From positions 89,246 through 153,245 of the forward strand of contig JARGFQ010000002.1 in assembly GCA_029210565.1 (NCBI GenBank): DNA of 64,000 nt. Direction: 5' to 3'. Source of the stretch: Bacteroidales bacterium. GTDB lineage: Bacteria; Bacteroidota; Bacteroidia; Bacteroidales; VadinHA17. Below are positions 61,429 to 64,000 of this stretch, piece after piece. The position numbers were made by a program, and so were the translations under genes. The notes under the pieces were generated by a model, which worked only from the letters and a program-made list of their open reading frames with translations, had not been told where the DNA came from and searched no databases. The number at the start of each line of letters is the position of its first letter. The first letter of the stretch is position 1.

Positions 61429-63114
61429 ATGAAAACAATTAAACTGATGAAATGCGTATTGTACGCTACAGTTTTGGCAGCATTTGTCCTGGTTGGGTGC
61501 GAGGATTTGGATATTTATTCAATAAATGCACCCTCAGACCTGCAGAGAAGGATCGACTCAATTGCAGCTGCGAAGCCAAATACCGGTGACACTACTTACC
61601 TTATTATCGTTTCAGCGATAGTCGGACCTGAAGATAACAGTGCCGGTTGGTGGGCTCACTTCTCTGATTACTTTACCATTCCTGCAAACAAGTTATTGCA
61701 TCTGGAGTTTATTAACTACGGCACCGGAGTCAACAACTGGAACAACTGGAATCTTGCCCTTGCCAATGCAGAGCGTGATGCCGAAGGCTATGCGGAATAC
61801 TTTCTGCTGCGCTCTGATGCTTATGGCTGGGGTAATGCTGATTACGACGGGAACATGATCTCCCACAACTATCCCGACACTGACGGAGATGACGATATCT
61901 GGAACGACTTCCGAGCTACCATGCAAGGTGCCCGTGTTTCTCTCGATATTGACCATTCTGCCACCGGCAATGTATTTGTAACAGCCACTGCCGTTGGAAC
62001 AAATGGCACAACACTGGTCATGACATATCAGCAACCTGTTTCTGCCACGGATGATATCGTGGCTTTCCTGGTGTGCGATGGCAGCCATTTCGAGATGAAG
62101 AAGGCATACATTATCCCTTCTAAAGTCACTGCTATAGAGGACGTTGATCCGGTTTCAATCGATATTACAGGAGCTCCTTCATTTGTTGAATTTGGCAACG
62201 AAAACTACTGGGGTGATGCAATAGCCACTGTCACATTCGCTGACGGATCTTCAGCGGAGGTTGATTCTGCAGATTTATCATTCAATGTTATTCCTGATAT
62301 GACTACACTCGGAAAGAAGACAGTTGTTGTGGCATACAGCAAAACCAAGCAGGGGGCATTCTGTCAGGCGGTGTCAACAATCTACACCCTGGAAGTGACC
62401 AACCCTGTCATGAGCCTGGAAGTCACTACAATGCCAACTATTACCACATACTATTACTTCAGCAGCGACTCTATCATATTCAATACAAAAGGTATTGTCG
62501 TTACAGGTACATATTCAGACGGTACACTGGCTGTCATTCCAAACTCGGCTCTTAAATTTGGCAAGATTCCGGCAGCTTCAGGTTCTCAGAATGCTGTCAT
62601 CTCGTTTGTTGGTGCAACAAAAACAGTAACCACAACCTGCCCGTTTACTCTTATACAGGGGGTTAGTCAGGTAGGAGCTACTGACTTTTCGACAGCATGG
62701 TGGACGGCATTCTCTGATGACTATACAGTAGCAACAGGTTCAAGCAGGACGATTACCATGTACTGTTACTCCAGCCAGGTTAATAACTGGAACAGCCCCT
62801 GTACAATTCTTCGCAAAGCTGACAATACTGAATATGCTGTAGTTCGCATGGACAGTTTCGGATGGGGCGACGGTTATGGCACAGCCATCCTCACATCTGA
62901 CTGGAACTGGGATATATTCGCATCAAATATCAGTGGCTCCAGGGTAGTCATCACAGTTACAAACAATGGTGACGATACGGCTGATATACTATACAATGTT
63001 ACTTACGCCAACGGCGAAACGCATTTCCAAAAGTATGCAGGTATAACGGTTGACAGTTCTGATTTGAATTGCGCACTCGTAACAGAGGGGTCTTATCTCG
63101 TGATTGTTGAATAA
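61429..63114 (+). CDS. Surface lipoprotein with two Ig-like domains between two homologous Trp-rich domains
   Basis: Lipobox LVGC. N- and C-terminal domains share WWxxFSD, NNWN, RxDxxGWG. Central ATVTFADGS and TGTYSDGT Ig-like repeats. Confidence 0.8.
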   Translation: MKTIKLMKCVLYATVLAAFVLVGCEDLDIYSINAPSDLQRRIDSIAAAKPNTGDTTYLIIVSAIVGPEDNSAGWWAHFSDYFTIPANKLLHLEFINYGTGVNNWNNWNLALANAERDAEGYAEYFLLRSDAYGWGNADYDGNMISHNYPDTDGDDDIWNDFRATMQGARVSLDIDHSATGNVFVTATAVGTNGTTLVMTYQQPVSATDDIVAFLVCDGSHFEMKKAYIIPSKVTAIEDVDPVSIDITGAPSFVEFGNENYWGDAIATVTFADGSSAEVDSADLSFNVIPDMTTLGKKTVVVAYSKTKQGAFCQAVSTIYTLEVTNPVMSLEVTTMPTITTYYYFSSDSIIFNTKGIVVTGTYSDGTLAVIPNSALKFGKIPAASGSQNAVISFVGATKTVTTTCPFTLIQGVSQVGATDFSTAWWTAFSDDYTVATGSSRTITMYCYSSQVNNWNSPCTILRKADNTEYAVVRMDSFGWGDGYGTAILTSDWNWDIFASNISGSRVVITVTNNGDDTADILYNVTYANGETHFQKYAGITVDSSDLNCALVTEGSYLVIVE

Positions 63115-63139
63115 TAACCAGGATAAAAACATACAGACT

Positions 63140-64000
63140 ATGAAATACTTATATTTAGTCATGTTGGGATTGCTGGCGATCGCAACGACAACATATGCAG
63201 AAGGCTACGGCAATGCCGACCGGATGTCAATGATTCAGACAGACAGGATAACAGTTAAAGGTACGGTTGTTGACGAAAACGGAGAACCGCTTCCGGGTGC
63301 AACCATACAGGTGAAAGGTACAACCATTGGTACCTCTGCCGACATTAACGGGAATTTCTCTCTTTCTGTTCCTTCAGATGCTACGCTGGTAATATCTTTT
63401 ATAGGACACCAGACTATTGAAATATCCGTTGGAGGAAGAACCGAACTGGGCAGCATCACCCTGGTTTCGGGATTGGAAGAACTCGAACAGATTGTTGTAA
63501 TAGGTTACGGTACACAACGCAAGGTTGACCTCACCGGTTCAGTTGCCATTGTCGACACTGAAGAGATGAAGAAAGTATCACACTCAAACATCTCAACAAT
63601 GCTAGAAGGGAAAATAGCCGGTATTCAGATTACAACCGACGGACAGCCGGGCGCTGACCCTACAGTACGTATCCGAGGTATCGGTTCGTTCGGCAGCACC
63701 GCACCTCTTTACGTTGTTGATGGTGTGCCCATGGGAACAACAATACGCGACTTCTCTCCAAACGATATCGAATCACTTCAGGTACTCAAGGATGCTTCTG
63801 CTGCCGCAATCTACGGTTCGCGTGCTGCCAACGGCGTGGTTATCATCACCACGAAGCAGGGGAAGCATAACGAAGCCATGAAAGTGGACTACAGCGGCTA
63901 CGTTGGTTTAGACCAGGTGGAGAAGGGGGTATATGATGTCATGGATGCTTATCAATATGCTCAATACGTCACCATGGCATACACTAACAGTGGCATGGAT
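63140..64000 (+). CDS. SusC/RagA TonB-dependent receptor (runs off the 3' end)
   Basis: GTVVDENGEPLPGA, VVIGYGTQRK.DLTGSV, IRGIGS, PLYVVDG, LKDASAAAIYGSRAANGVVIITTK. Confidence 0.96.
   Translation, partial: MKYLYLVMLGLLAIATTTYAEGYGNADRMSMIQTDRITVKGTVVDENGEPLPGATIQVKGTTIGTSADINGNFSLSVPSDATLVISFIGHQTIEISVGGRTELGSITLVSGLEELEQIVVIGYGTQRKVDLTGSVAIVDTEEMKKVSHSNISTMLEGKIAGIQITTDGQPGADPTVRIRGIGSFGSTAPLYVVDGVPMGTTIRDFSPNDIESLQVLKDASAAAIYGSRAANGVVIITTKQGKHNEAMKVDYSGYVGLDQVEKGVYDVMDAYQYAQYVTMAYTNSGMD

Overview
This 64 kb window comes from a Bacteroidota (probably Bacteroidales) chromosome, judged by TAnnTTTG promoters, SusC-type genes and an NrtR-family AraR. Core and metabolic genes include mutS (5'-truncated), a 2-oxoacid dehydrogenase operon with lipoate ligase, three M16 peptidases, typA, a GreA/B factor, and an L-arabinose locus (SSS transporter, araA, araR, araD, araB, two GH127 genes) leading into a PUL. 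Each of the three tRNA genes (Gly-GCC, Phe-GAA, Leu-TAA) is followed by accessory DNA. tRNA-Gly: a GIY-YIG mini-element ending in a duplicated tRNA 3' half with a 62-bp double hairpin inserted at the T-loop. tRNA-Phe: an islet with a RelE-type TA pair and a BNR-GH105 fusion, punctuated by degenerate att copies. tRNA-Leu: an AT-rich island with a dead recombinase and a PhcB-like methyltransferase, membrane hybrid kinase and receiver protein (candidate fatty-acid-methyl-ester signalling cassette). Also notable: a two-component module whose two Gln-rich secreted proteins share an identical promoter architecture, a probable ACG start for typA, a dispersed palindromic repeat and a candidate structured RNA. 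All calls come from reading motifs by eye; no database searches were run.
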